A stretch of DNA of 64,000 bases from Chthoniobacteraceae bacterium (GCA_035555975.1 DATMFV010000135.1:1-64000), one strand, 5' to 3'; shown: positions 9,672 to 19,551, numbered from the stretch's first letter. Made by a program: numbers and translations. Notes: generated by a model not told the origin, from the letters alone.

Positions 9672-10595
9672 ATGAACGCTCAACAGGAAGAGGCTCTCGA
9701 TGTTCTCAATCGCCTCATTGGGATCTGTCGGGACGGACAAGAGGGGTTCCGGACGGCTGCGGAGGCCGTTGTCGACGATCCGGAACTGAAGATGCTGCTT
9801 TCATCCTTTTCACTTCAAAGGGCGAAGTTTGCAGGCGATCTCGAAGCAGAGGCGATCACGATGGGCGAGCACCATCCCGAAAACGAGGGGAGCACCTTCC
9901 GGGGGGCGGCGCACCGGGGGTGGATTCATCTTAAAGGGGCCCTTTCGCGGGGGAGCAACCATGCCCTCCTTGCCGAATGCGAGCGCGGGGAGGATGTCGC
10001 CAAGGAGGCCTACCAGAGGGCGCTCCGGCACGACCTGCCCGCGCCGGTTTACGATCTCATCCAGGAACAGCGGCAGGAGGTGATCACGACCCACAACACG
10101 ATCCGCGCCCTGCGCGACGCGGCGCATCTCGCCGGGCGGCGCAAGAAGATCAGCGGCGGTCGCAAGGACAACAACGCGGAGGTTTCACCGGTGACGCGCG
10201 GGGCGGTCGAGATCTGGCACGAAGTCCAGACGCGCAACCTCGAAGCGATCCGGCGCGATGTCAAAAGCGTGCGTCGCCGCCATCTGGTGATGACGCTCCT
10301 GCGGATGGCCGCGCTGGGAAGCGTTGCGGTGCTCGCGGTCTATTGGCTGCGTTCGCGCAACCGGCGGCTCTCCCTTCGCGGCGCGGGGGATGAACTCTTC
10401 AGCCGGCGACGGCAGCTTCAGAGGCGTCTTGCCGGTTCGCTTCCGCATCTGGGTCGGGGCGCTCCCCTTTCCTCGCGCTTCGGGATGGGGCGTTTTGGAA
10501 GTCGTTCTTTCGGAATGAAGCAGCCGCTGCGCCGCCTGAAAGGTCGGCTCAAACACCGTTCGCGCCTGGCGCGCTGGCAGGAACTCTGGAGTTAG
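9672..10595 (+). CDS. PA2169-family four-helix-bundle (DUF2383, ferritin-like) protein, with a ~150 aa C-terminal extension holding one transmembrane helix and an Arg-rich tail.
   Basis: ATG at 9672, in frame with track ORF 9225..10595. The 9225-9671 part overlaps yyaL and is junk. ALDVLNRLIGICRDGQEGFRTAAEAV…LQRAKFAGDLEAEA matches the family. Confidence 0.6.
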   Translation: MNAQQEEALDVLNRLIGICRDGQEGFRTAAEAVVDDPELKMLLSSFSLQRAKFAGDLEAEAITMGEHHPENEGSTFRGAAHRGWIHLKGALSRGSNHALLAECERGEDVAKEAYQRALRHDLPAPVYDLIQEQRQEVITTHNTIRALRDAAHLAGRRKKISGGRKDNNAEVSPVTRGAVEIWHEVQTRNLEAIRRDVKSVRRRHLVMTLLRMAALGSVAVLAVYWLRSRNRRLSLRGAGDELFSRRRQLQRRLAGSLPHLGRGAPLSSRFGMGRFGSRSFGMKQPLRRLKGRLKHRSRLARWQELWS

Positions 10596-10664
10596 CAGCG
10601 GCTCCGGAGTTGGTCGCAACGGGAGGGTTAAGCCTCCGCGCCGACCGGGGCGTTGGACTCCGCC

Positions 10665-11321
10665 TCACGACTGCTGCAACCCGATCCTCGCAGAGGGCTC
10701 CGAGGGGGCCGGGTGAGGTGTGGGCAGCGGCTGGGAGTGTTGTTCCTCGCCGACATAGATCGCCTCGTCGGGCCACTCCTTGCAGAGGTAGCCATCCTTG
10801 ATGTTCACGCCGGTGATGTAGTTGCGTAACACCCGGTTGGGTGAAAGAATCCGCATCGTCGAAACCTCTTCGATCGAGTTTTCTCCATGGTTGCGGAGAA
10901 GGCTCGGGATCAGCTTCTCGTGCATGGTGATGAAGATATCCTTGTCGTTTTCCCCATCAACAAAGAGGAGCAGCGCCACCTTGCCGTCGATTTCCGCAAT
11001 GTGGCTTTCAAAGATGAACTCGGTAAAGATGGAGCGGACCGCCGGTTCCCGCGCGATGTCGTCCTGAATCTTGCGCAGCGTCATCCCGAGACGGAACTTG
11101 ATGATATAGACATGCCGGGAGGTAAACTGCCCGGTGCCCGAAGCGGAGAGATCAACATGGGTGAAGAAGGTCAGGATGCCTTCCTGCTCCATCCGCTGGC
11201 GCTTGCGGGAGACAGTCCGGACATTGACGCCGGTCGTCTCGCCGATGCCGTTGTCGCTCTCGCGGGGATCGCGGACCAGGGCCCGGGCGATCAGCCGCTC
11301 CTGTTCATCAAGTTCTCTCAT
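10665..11321 (-). CDS. Lrp/AsnC-like transcriptional regulator (winged HTH plus a RAM-like domain).
   Basis: Start chosen at MRELDEQERLIARALVRDPRESDNGIGETTGVNVRTVSRKRQRMEQEGIL. It is co-directional with infC, immediately downstream of it. Confidence 0.5.
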   Translation of the reverse strand: MRELDEQERLIARALVRDPRESDNGIGETTGVNVRTVSRKRQRMEQEGILTFFTHVDLSASGTGQFTSRHVYIIKFRLGMTLRKIQDDIAREPAVRSIFTEFIFESHIAEIDGKVALLLFVDGENDKDIFITMHEKLIPSLLRNHGENSIEEVSTMRILSPNRVLRNYITGVNIKDGYLCKEWPDEAIYVGEEQHSQPLPTPHPAPSEPSARIGLQQS

Positions 11322-11501
11322 GAGGTGGTGGAGGCTAAAGGTTAGACGATTTCCGTTGGAACAGTAAACGCCAAACCTCCCGACAGCGGGCGAAAGGCCC
11401 TCTCCGGCCATGTCAAGGAAACAGCCGTCATAAGCCGCCGGGAAACGAACGAGCGTCGTTTCCCGGCAGATTTGAGAAACTTTTGGCCTCCCTGAAAAAA
11501 A

Positions 11502-12123
11502 CTACGAAGCGTCGCCTTCTTCCTCGTCGTCTTCGTCGTGGTGGTCGTCCTCTTCTTCCTCGTGCTCGTCGGTGTCGTGTTCCGGCAACGAGAAACGGCG
11601 TTTGCGTTTGCCGACCGGAAGCGGAGAGAGCGTCATGTTGATGCTCCGCCCGACCATGCGCGGTTCCATTTCGACCACGGCCATGGTGGAGAGATCATTC
11701 CTGACGCGCTGCATCACCGCCTGGCCAAGATCCTTGTGTGCCATTTCACGACCGCGAAACTGGAGTTGCACCTTGAGTTTATTGCCTTTGTCCAGAAACT
11801 GTTCACCCCGGCGGAGCTTGGTCAGGTAATCGTGTTCGTCGATATTGACCCGGAACTTGATCTCCTTGAGCCGGCTGGTGTTCTGTTTTTTCTCCTTCTC
11901 CTGTTTCGCCATCTCGTAACGGAACTTTCCGAAGTCGACGATACGGCATACGGGAGGGGTGGCATGGGGGGCAACCTCAACGAGGTCCAGCCCCAGCGAC
12001 TGGGCTTTGCGCAAGGCTTCCTGGAGGCGCATGACGCCGAGGGCCTCGTTGGTGGACGCCACAATAACCCGCACCTCCTTGGCGCGAATGCGTCCATTGA
12101 CTCTGATCTGTCTTATTTGGATA
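11502..12123 (-). CDS. infC: Translation initiation factor IF-3, with a non-AUG start (AUC at 12123 or AUA at 12117) and an acidic/His-rich C-terminal tail.
   Basis: IRVNGRIRAKEVRVI…GLDLVEVAPHATPPVCRIVDFGKFRYE…KEIKFR…LQFRGREMAH aligns along the whole of IF-3. The frame is open upstream of the track's GTG (12074) back to a TAG; AAGGAG lies 8-14 nt before the AUC/AUA. Confidence 0.85.
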
Positions 12124-12455
12124 GTTCGTTCTCCTTGGGGCGCTTCTTTCTAAGGAGGGAAAAAAAGCACCCGTTTGTTTGGTCTCTTGCTTTACAACTC
12201 CGCTTCTTTCCAGGGAACCCGGTTTCCCGGCTTCCCCGCTCCCTTGGTCTTGATCTCCTGCGGCATTCGCGGCGGCATGCCGCAGGCTTCCCGCTTGGAT
12301 GTCCGGAAAACATCAAGCGGTATCGACGTGCATTTAGGCGAGTTTTTTACGGGGAGCAAGGTGAAATTTACAGGTCGGCGTTTTTCAGGGAAACACCGGT
12401 TCCTTTTTCGCCGGTTCGCCTGCCTGAAGACACTGTTTGCTCCCCCCAAGCCCCA

Positions 12456-13430
12456 TCACGCGTGGGCGGCCAAGGCGTCGCGAACGGCGGAAAGTTGTCC
12501 GGCCGAACCGAGCTTGGTGTTTTTGTGCGCGATGAAACGGGCGTACTCGTCCATGAAGATTTTACCCGGCGGCCTGAAGTCGAACTGGTCGGGGTGATCC
12601 CGGAAAAACTCCCGGTGAACACGGGTCCAGACCAGCCGCCCGTCGGTATCGATGTTGATCTTGGTCACCCCGAGCTTTGCTGCGGGGAGGTATTCGTTTT
12701 CGTCCACACCGCGCGCGGCCGGGTCGAGCCTGCCGCCCGCTTCGTTGATCCGGCGCACCTCTTCCTGCGGGACGCTGGAGGAGCCGTGCATGACGATCGG
12801 CGTGGCGGGCAATCCCGCAGCGGCGATCTTTTCGGCGATCGCTTCGATGATGTGAAAATGGAGGCTCTGCTGTCCCTTGAACTTGTAGGCCCCGTGGCTC
12901 GTGCCGATCGCCGCCGCCAAGGCGTCGCAACCGCTGCGCCGGATGAACTCGACCGCTTCGTCGGGGTTGGTCAGGCAGGCGTTGCCTTCGTCAACGGAGA
13001 CATCCTCCTCCACGCCGCCGAGCTGGCCGAGTTCGGCTTCCACGGAGATGCCAGCGGCATGAGCCCGTTCCACGACGCGGCGGGTGATGGCGATATTTTC
13101 CTCAAACGACTCGTGCGAAGCGTCGATCATGACCGAGCTGTAGAAGCCCGAGTCGATGCAATCGTAGCAGGTCTCTTCGTCGCCGTGGTCAAGGTGAACC
13201 GCGTAGATCGCTTCGGGGAACATCTCGTCGGCGGCGCGGATCACCGCTTCGAGAATCCGTTTGTCCGAATACTTCCGCGCCCCCTTGGAAAGCTGGATGA
13301 TGAAGGGAGCCTGGCTCTCCACGCATCCCCGAAAGAGGCCGATCGTCTGTTCGATGTTGTTGATGTTGTACGCTCCGATGGCGTACTTCCCGTAGGCGAG
13401 TTGATAAAGTGCGGCTGTGGTGACAATCAT
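12456..13430 (-). CDS. fba: Class II fructose-bisphosphate aldolase.
   Basis: GAYNINN…IIQLSKGARKY…HLDHG…MIDASH…GTSHGAYKF motifs. Confidence 0.9.
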   Translation of the reverse strand: MIVTTAALYQLAYGKYAIGAYNINNIEQTIGLFRGCVESQAPFIIQLSKGARKYSDKRILEAVIRAADEMFPEAIYAVHLDHGDEETCYDCIDSGFYSSVMIDASHESFEENIAITRRVVERAHAAGISVEAELGQLGGVEEDVSVDEGNACLTNPDEAVEFIRRSGCDALAAAIGTSHGAYKFKGQQSLHFHIIEAIAEKIAAAGLPATPIVMHGSSSVPQEEVRRINEAGGRLDPAARGVDENEYLPAAKLGVTKINIDTDGRLVWTRVHREFFRDHPDQFDFRPPGKIFMDEYARFIAHKNTKLGSAGQLSAVRDALAAHA

Positions 13431-13554
13431 GCGTTGAAAGGGAGTATGAGGGTTAAGAGAGGAGCGGGCAAGTGCAAACGAAAACGGGAGGCCCGCGCCC
13501 GGATCAGTGATACTTCACAATCGCACGACCGGCGCTTCCGGTTGTTTGAAAATG

Positions 13555-15012
13555 CTATTCCGGCTTCTTGCCGACAAAGCGCCAATCCTGTCCATCCGCC
13601 GGCGGTTTGCCGTTGCCGTCCGCTGCCGGGCGTCCTTCCGACGCTTCCATTTCGCCAAGGTAATCGGGGAGCTTGAGCCCGGCCTGCCGTGCGAGTTCCT
13701 GCAATGGCGGGAGGCTGCGGATCATTCCCGAAAGAAAATTCGCCGTGGAACCGGTGCCGTTTTCGCCGCCGCCGTTGTCCCAGACGGTCACCTTGTCGAT
13801 CTTGATGCCGGAAATCGCCTCTGCCTGGGCTTCGACCAGCTTCGGCATCTGCTCGCTCAACAGAAGGGTGATCGCGATCTGCGGGTTGTTCCCCGCCGAC
13901 TCGATCATCTGCCGGAACCCGTCGGCCTTTGCATGGAGGATCTGCTTGGTCCCTTCCGCTTCGGCGCCGAGGCGCGAGGCGATCTCGAACGCTGCGGCGT
14001 CTGCCGTGGCCCGGATGCTGTCGGCCTGGGCGTTCGCTGCGATCCGGACTTGGTCGGCCTCGGCTTCCGCCAGGACGGTGATCCGCTTCTTCTGCACCTC
14101 CGCCGGGACGACTTCGTTGGCATAGCGGGTCGCCTGCTCGACCTGGGCGCGCGCCGATTCCGCCTCCTGCTGGGCGGTGTACGAATCGCGTTCGGCATTG
14201 GCGGTTGCCACCCGTTCCGCCGTCACGGCCAGCCGGTTGGCTTCGGCGATCTCGACGTTGAGCGCGGCGTTGGAATTGGCGATCTCGATCTGCGCCAGGT
14301 TTTTCCCTTTGGTTGCTTCGGCCTGGGCGTTGGCGACTTCGACCTCGCGTTCCCGCCCGGCCTGGGCTGCGCCGATCTCCCCGTCCCGTTCGGCCTGGGC
14401 GACCTTGACCTTCGCTTCGTTGATCGCCTTGGAGGCCGCCTCTTTACCGAGCGCTTCGATGTAGCCGCTTTCGTCGGTGACGTCCTGGATGTTGACGTTG
14501 ATCAGCCTCAAACCGACCTTCTTCAACTCGACCTCCACCCCGCTGGCGATGTTGGAGATCAGCTTGTCGCGGTCGGAGTTGATTTCCTCGATGCTCATGG
14601 TCGCGATGACCACGCGCATCTGCCCGAAAATGATATCCTTGGCGAGATCGCGGATGCTCTCCTGCGAAAGCCCGAGCAGGCGTTCGGCGGCGTTTTCCAT
14701 CACGCCCGGTTCGGTCGCGATCCCGACGGTGAAGGTCGAGGGGGTGTTGACGCGGATGTTCTGCCGGGAGAGCGCTCCTTTGAGTGGGATCTCGATCGGC
14801 ATCGGGGTCAGTTCCAGATAGGCGTGGTTCTGGATCAGCGGCCAGACAAAGGTCGCGCCGCCATGAATGCACTTGGCCGATTTGCCGCCGCCGACCTTTC
14901 CGTAGACGACGAGGATGCGGTCGCTGGGACAACGCCGGTAGCGCCGCGAAACGGCAAAGAGCATCCCGATGAGGATGAGAAGAACACCTGCGATGAGAAG
15001 TATGACAATCAT
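13555..15012 (-). CDS. Flotillin-family SPFH/band-7 protein (YqiK/FloA-like).
   Basis: N-terminal transmembrane helix, an SPFH domain, then a long Ala/Glu-rich coiled-coil (AQAERDGEIGAAQAGREREVEVANAQAEA…). Confidence 0.85.
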   Translation of the reverse strand: MIVILLIAGVLLILIGMLFAVSRRYRRCPSDRILVVYGKVGGGKSAKCIHGGATFVWPLIQNHAYLELTPMPIEIPLKGALSRQNIRVNTPSTFTVGIATEPGVMENAAERLLGLSQESIRDLAKDIIFGQMRVVIATMSIEEINSDRDKLISNIASGVEVELKKVGLRLINVNIQDVTDESGYIEALGKEAASKAINEAKVKVAQAERDGEIGAAQAGREREVEVANAQAEATKGKNLAQIEIANSNAALNVEIAEANRLAVTAERVATANAERDSYTAQQEAESARAQVEQATRYANEVVPAEVQKKRITVLAEAEADQVRIAANAQADSIRATADAAAFEIASRLGAEAEGTKQILHAKADGFRQMIESAGNNPQIAITLLLSEQMPKLVEAQAEAISGIKIDKVTVWDNGGGENGTGSTANFLSGMIRSLPPLQELARQAGLKLPDYLGEMEASEGRPAADGNGKPPADGQDWRFVGKKPE

Positions 15013-15040
15013 GGTTCCATTCCTTTTTTGATTACTTTTT

Positions 15041-15604
15041 TTAAACCCGCTCGACCCTGACCAGATCGTGACCGATGACTTCGAGCACTTTGACCCGCTC
15101 CCCGCTGGCGATCTCGTGATCGCTGATCGCCGCGAGGGTCACCATGCGCGACTGGGCGACCACCTGCACCTGCCCGCCCGTGCCGGGGCTGGCGGGAATG
15201 CGGATATAGGCGGTGCCGACTTTCCCGACGCAGTTGGCGATCTGAAAGGTGTTGTCCTCTTTAAGAAGGCTGAACATCCGCATCAGGAAAAGGAAAATGG
15301 CCCCGAGTGCCAGCCCCGCCAGCGCGCCGCAGAGAGTGGCCACGACGATCGAATACCCCGCCCCGAGCATCAGCGAACCGACCGCCCCGAAGGCAAGCGT
15401 AAAACCTGAAAGGGTGGTCCATGAAATCACCTGCCCGCCCCCATGGTCGCCCCCCTCGGCAATCCCGTCGTCATCAACACCGACCAGCCGGAGGATGACC
15501 TGCAACATCGCCATCAGAAACCCCGCCACGGCGATCACACGAAAAACGGTGTTCGCCAGATACCCTTCACTAAAGAAGAAGTCATGCAGGAGGGAGAGGA
15601 GCAT
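15041..15604 (-). CDS. NfeD/YqiJ-family membrane protein with a C-terminal OB-fold, the usual flotillin partner.
   Basis: Multi-TM N-terminus plus a soluble C-terminal β-rich domain. It lies directly upstream of the flotillin gene on the same strand, with a 28 bp gap. Confidence 0.7.
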   Translation of the reverse strand: MLLSLLHDFFFSEGYLANTVFRVIAVAGFLMAMLQVILRLVGVDDDGIAEGGDHGGGQVISWTTLSGFTLAFGAVGSLMLGAGYSIVVATLCGALAGLALGAIFLFLMRMFSLLKEDNTFQIANCVGKVGTAYIRIPASPGTGGQVQVVAQSRMVTLAAISDHEIASGERVKVLEVIGHDLVRVERV

Positions 15605-15744
15605 CGCGTGCGAACGCTATCCGGTTTCCCGGAAAGATGGCAAGAGAAACCGACTTATTTTCAAGCCGAAAGAATCACGAGAATTTCCGGCCCGGGAATC
15701 AGTGAGCCATTTTCCTTGCTGACTCCCGTAAATATGGGATATTC

Positions 15745-16011
15745 ATGATCATGAAAACCACACTGGACATTCCCGACGAAGTTTTCCGTCAAGCCAAGGC
15801 CCGGGCCGCCCTTCGTGGGGTGTCCCTGCGCCAATTCGTTGCCGAGGCGCTTGAGGAAAAAATGGCCGCTCCGTCCCTCGGCTCCGCTTCCTCTGAGCCG
15901 CCATGGATGCAGGGATTCGGGGCTTTGACCGATCTCCGGGACGAAACCCGCCGCATCGACACCATCATTGAGGAAACGTTTGGACAGCTTGATGAGGAAG
16001 ATCGCGCATGA
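15745..16011 (+). CDS. vapB: VapB-type antitoxin (type II toxin-antitoxin system).
   Basis: TLDIPDEVFRQAKARAALRGVSLRQFVAEAL ribbon/β-strand DNA-binding N-terminus; 88 aa. It overlaps the PIN gene as ATGA. Confidence 0.75.
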   Translation: MIMKTTLDIPDEVFRQAKARAALRGVSLRQFVAEALEEKMAAPSLGSASSEPPWMQGFGALTDLRDETRRIDTIIEETFGQLDEEDRA

Positions 16012-16385
16012 TCCTCGACACCAACGCGCTCTCCGCCTGGGCTGATGGCAACCCCGCCTGCCGGTTCGCTTTTCTGGAAGCCTCCCGGCTGGTCCTTCCC
16101 GCCATCGTTCTGGGAGAATACCTCTACGGCATCCGCCAATCGCGCCATCGCTCCCGCTACGAAGAATGGCTCACGCAGAACCTGCCCTACGCCGAACTCC
16201 AACCCGTCACAGCCTCCACGGCGAATCACTACGCCAACCTTCGCCTCCAACTCAAAGCCAAGGGCACTCCCATCCCTGCCAACGATCTCTGGATCGCCGC
16301 CCTGACACTGGAACTTCAGCTTCCGCTCCTGACCAACGACAACCATTTCGACCGCATTCACGGGCTCACCATCATCCGCTTCTGA
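16008..16385 (+). CDS. vapC: PIN-domain VapC toxin.
   Basis: MILDTNALSAW … LLTNDNHF (the PIN acidic residues) … ; 125 aa; start overlaps vapB by 4 bp. Confidence 0.8.
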   Translation: MILDTNALSAWADGNPACRFAFLEASRLVLPAIVLGEYLYGIRQSRHRSRYEEWLTQNLPYAELQPVTASTANHYANLRLQLKAKGTPIPANDLWIAALTLELQLPLLTNDNHFDRIHGLTIIRF

Positions 16386-16466
16386 GCCTACCCGCGATGT
16401 TTGACCTCCGCGAACAGATCCAGCCCGCACTTGCATTCCCCGCCGATCCCCTGTAGGTGGTGCGCC

Positions 16467-16808
16467 ATGTGGAAAACACCGATCCGCCGTCTGCGGACCC
16501 TTGCCATCGCTGAAGCGATCTCCTACCTCGTTCTGCTCTTCATCGCCATGCCGCTCAAATACTGGGGCGGGATGCCCGATGTCGTGAAATACACCGGCTG
16601 GGCGCATGGGGTGCTCTTTATCGCCTTCTGCGGGGCGCTTGCGCTGGCGATTTTCCCGGCGCGGCTTCCGTTTGTTTTTTCGGGGATGGTCTTTCTCTCC
16701 TCGCTGGTTCCCTTCGGGCCGTTCCTGCTTGATCGCCGCCTCAGGGCGTATGACCGCGAGTTCCCGATCCCCGCGCCGAGCCGCTCACGCGAAGAAGTCG
16801 CGGGCTAG
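16467..16808 (+). CDS. DUF3817 / TIGR03954 'HG-motif' integral membrane protein.
   Basis: MWKTPIRRLRTLAIAEAISYLVLLFIAMPLKY…GWAHGVLFIAF. An internal ATG was chosen; the track start at 16401 adds a non-membrane leader. Confidence 0.6.
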   Translation: MWKTPIRRLRTLAIAEAISYLVLLFIAMPLKYWGGMPDVVKYTGWAHGVLFIAFCGALALAIFPARLPFVFSGMVFLSSLVPFGPFLLDRRLRAYDREFPIPAPSRSREEVAG

Positions 16809-17918
16809 GGCGACGTAGGTCTCCACGCCGGCTTCGAGCTGGTCGAGCGCAATGAATTCCGCCGCCGTATGCGCCTGGGCGATGTCGCCCGGCCCGAGGA
16901 TCAGGCAGGGGACGCCGATCGCGGCGATCTTGCTGGCATCACAGCAGAAAAACGCCACCTGCGCCTCCTCCGTGCCGGTCAGCGTCTTGACCGCTTCGGT
17001 AAACGGGTGGTCCTGCGCGATCTCGAAGGCCACGTCGAGATGCAGCAGCTCAAACGACCAGCGGTAGCCGTCGCCGTCGGGGAAGCGCTCCCTTAACATC
17101 GCCTTGAGGTCCGCCAGCGTTGCCTCCGGGTCCTGTCCCGGGATGAGCCGGATGTCGACCTGGATCGCGCACTCGTCGGGGACAATATTGATCCCGCTCC
17201 CGCCTTGCACGATCCCGACGGAACCGGTGCTCGGACCAAACTGCGGCCGCTGGATCGCACCGAGCACGTCGGCAAAATAGTCGTTGAGCGCGAGGATGGC
17301 CCGCGCCATCGCCACCACGGCGTTGCGCCCCTGTTCCGGGCGGCTGCTGTGGGCCGCCTTTCCATGGCAGCGAAAGGCGAAGCGGATGTTTCCCTTGCAG
17401 CCGCGCAACGGCTTGAGAAGGGTCGGTTCGCCAACGATCGCCGCATCGGGCCGCGCGATCTGCCCGATCAACGCACGAATCCCCGCCGTGGCCACCTCTT
17501 CGTCCGGGGTGAACCCGAGGGTGAGCGTTCCACTCCAGCTTTCCCTTTCTTGCGCGAGGCGCTGCGCTGCGATCAGCATCGCCGCCACCGGCCCCTTCAT
17601 GTCGCACGAGCCGCGGCCCCAGAGCTTCCCGTCGCGGATTGCCGCCCCGAACGGGTCGCCCTCCATACCGACGACGCTCACGGTGTCGAGATGACCGTTA
17701 AACAGGAGGTGCCGCCCCGGCCCGTTGGAAAGGCGCAGGACCAGGTTCTCCAGCCCGCCTTGGACCGGGTGCCGCTCGACTTCGAAGCCGTGCTCCGCCC
17801 CCCAATGCGCCACAAAGTCGATCACCGGCGGCGTACCGGGGCTTGCCGGGTCGTAAGCCGGGTTGACGCTCTCCATCCGCACCAGGGCCTGGGTCAGTTC
17901 GACGACATTTCCACTCAT
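16785..17918 (-). CDS. M20-family metallopeptidase (acetylornithine deacetylase or succinyl-DAP desuccinylase type).
   Basis: LLFNGHLDTV … GRGSCDMKG … the dimerisation-domain pattern; 377 aa. Confidence 0.8.
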   Translation of the reverse strand: MSGNVVELTQALVRMESVNPAYDPASPGTPPVIDFVAHWGAEHGFEVERHPVQGGLENLVLRLSNGPGRHLLFNGHLDTVSVVGMEGDPFGAAIRDGKLWGRGSCDMKGPVAAMLIAAQRLAQERESWSGTLTLGFTPDEEVATAGIRALIGQIARPDAAIVGEPTLLKPLRGCKGNIRFAFRCHGKAAHSSRPEQGRNAVVAMARAILALNDYFADVLGAIQRPQFGPSTGSVGIVQGGSGINIVPDECAIQVDIRLIPGQDPEATLADLKAMLRERFPDGDGYRWSFELLHLDVAFEIAQDHPFTEAVKTLTGTEEAQVAFFCCDASKIAAIGVPCLILGPGDIAQAHTAAEFIALDQLEAGVETYVALARDFFA

Positions 17919-18033
17919 AAATGAAAGGGAAGCTACCCGATGCCGCCCGCGTCTGGGAAGGAGGAAAAAGCCGAAGGCGAAGAGCGGTTACTATTGACAC
18001 CTTTCCCTGTTCGGCGGTTTCTATTAAGCCGCC

Positions 18034-19551
18034 ATGAGCTACCGCGTTGCCATCATCAATATCTCCCACGAATCGAACACCTTCGCCAACGGTCTCACCA
18101 CGGCGGAAAACTTTCGCTCCCATCTCTTTCAGCGCGGGGCCGACGTGCTCGACTATCACCGGGTCGGCAAGGGGACGATCGCGGGAGCCTTGAGCGTGCT
18201 GGAACCGGCAGGCGTCGAACTGATCCCGACCATCAGCGCCAACACCACCCCCGGGCCGATGGTCGCCGACGCGGCGCTCAAGGAATTCTGGGCCATGGTG
18301 GAAGCCGACCTGAAGGCGGCGGGACGGATCGACGGCGTTTTCGCGCCCCAGCACGGGGCCGCCGTCAGCGAGATCGAAAAAGATATGGACGGCTGGTGGC
18401 TCACGCAGATCCGCAGGGTCGTCGGGCCGGAGGTCCCGATCATCGGCACGCTCGACCCGCACTGTTTTATCACCGAAGCGATGGCCAAGGCCGCCAACGC
18501 CCTCCTCCCGTACAAGACAAACCCGCACGTCGACTCCTTTGAACGCGGCGTCAAGGCGGCCACCCTCCTGCTCCGCACGCTCAAGGGCGAGATCAACCCG
18601 AAGCAGACCTTCTGCCTCCCGCCGATGATCATGAACATCGAACGGCAGCACTCCGGCTCGGAACCGCTCGCCTCCCTCTGCCGCGCCTGCGATGAACTGG
18701 AAAACACCCCCGGCGTGCTCGACGCCTCCGTCATCCTCGGCTACCCGTACAGCGATCTTCCCGAAATGGGCTCCGGCATGCAGGTGATTGCCGACGGCAA
18801 CGCGGAACTTTCGCGCGAAAAGGCGCTCGAACTCGGGCAGAAACTCTGGGACGAACGCGAAGCGCTCCTCCCCTCGCTCCTCACCCCGGAAGCGGCGCTT
18901 GCCGAGGCGGACGCCACCTCCAAGCCGGTCTGCCTGCTCGACATGGGCGACAACGTCGGCGGCGGCGGGAGCGGTCAGGGGACGTGGCTTTTGCCCCTGC
19001 TGGCCAAACGCACCGATCTCAAAACCTTTTTCACCATCTACGACCCGGCGGCGGCGCAAAAGGCGATCGAAGCCGGGCCCGGTGCGACGGTCTCCCTCTG
19101 CCTCGGCGGGAAAAGCGACGCTCCTTCGGAAGGCGAGGCGTTTTCCTTTACCGGCAAGGTCAAAAACATCCCGCCCCACCAGTACCGCGACCTGAAGGTG
19201 CGCCACGGCGGCAGGAAAGACTTCATCATCGGCCCGAGCGCGCTGGTCGTCGATGAAAACGAGTCGCTCCATATCCTGATCACCTCGGTGCGGACCAGCC
19301 CCAACAGCTACCTCCTGATGACCAACTGCGGCGTCCACCCGCACGATGTCGACCTGATCGTCGCCAAGGGAGTTAATGCGCCGCTCGCCGCGTTCGACGG
19401 GCTTTGCACCAACTTCATCAAGATCAACACCCCGGGCCTCACCTCGGCCGACCCGAATCACTTCCCGTTCGTGAACCGGCGCAAACCGTTCCACCCTTTC
19501 GAGGCCGACGCGCCGTTCCGGCCGGAGGAATGCCTGCTCGCGGGGAGGTAG
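18034..19551 (+). CDS. MlrC-family (M81) metallopeptidase homolog.
   Basis: MSYRVAIINISHESNTFA…, 505 aa. The DUF1485/DUF1357 architecture is typical of MlrC. The long minus ORF 17698..19656 is its antisense. Confidence 0.7.
   Translation: MSYRVAIINISHESNTFANGLTTAENFRSHLFQRGADVLDYHRVGKGTIAGALSVLEPAGVELIPTISANTTPGPMVADAALKEFWAMVEADLKAAGRIDGVFAPQHGAAVSEIEKDMDGWWLTQIRRVVGPEVPIIGTLDPHCFITEAMAKAANALLPYKTNPHVDSFERGVKAATLLLRTLKGEINPKQTFCLPPMIMNIERQHSGSEPLASLCRACDELENTPGVLDASVILGYPYSDLPEMGSGMQVIADGNAELSREKALELGQKLWDEREALLPSLLTPEAALAEADATSKPVCLLDMGDNVGGGGSGQGTWLLPLLAKRTDLKTFFTIYDPAAAQKAIEAGPGATVSLCLGGKSDAPSEGEAFSFTGKVKNIPPHQYRDLKVRHGGRKDFIIGPSALVVDENESLHILITSVRTSPNSYLLMTNCGVHPHDVDLIVAKGVNAPLAAFDGLCTNFIKINTPGLTSADPNHFPFVNRRKPFHPFEADAPFRPEECLLAGR

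Noticed and set aside
12074-12074. Track start (GTG) for infC.
   Set aside because: IF-3 homology and the open frame continue upstream to AUC/AUA at 12123 or 12117. A GTG start would remove the conserved RVNGRIRAKEVR segment.
13431-13554. Possible terminator hairpin after the flotillin gene.
   Set aside because: The inverted repeat is poor and irregular, so it is not reported as a feature.
11538-13676. 712-aa + ORF; also 13507..15060 +.
   Set aside because: Antisense of infC and fba, and of flotillin. There is strong homology on the opposite strand.
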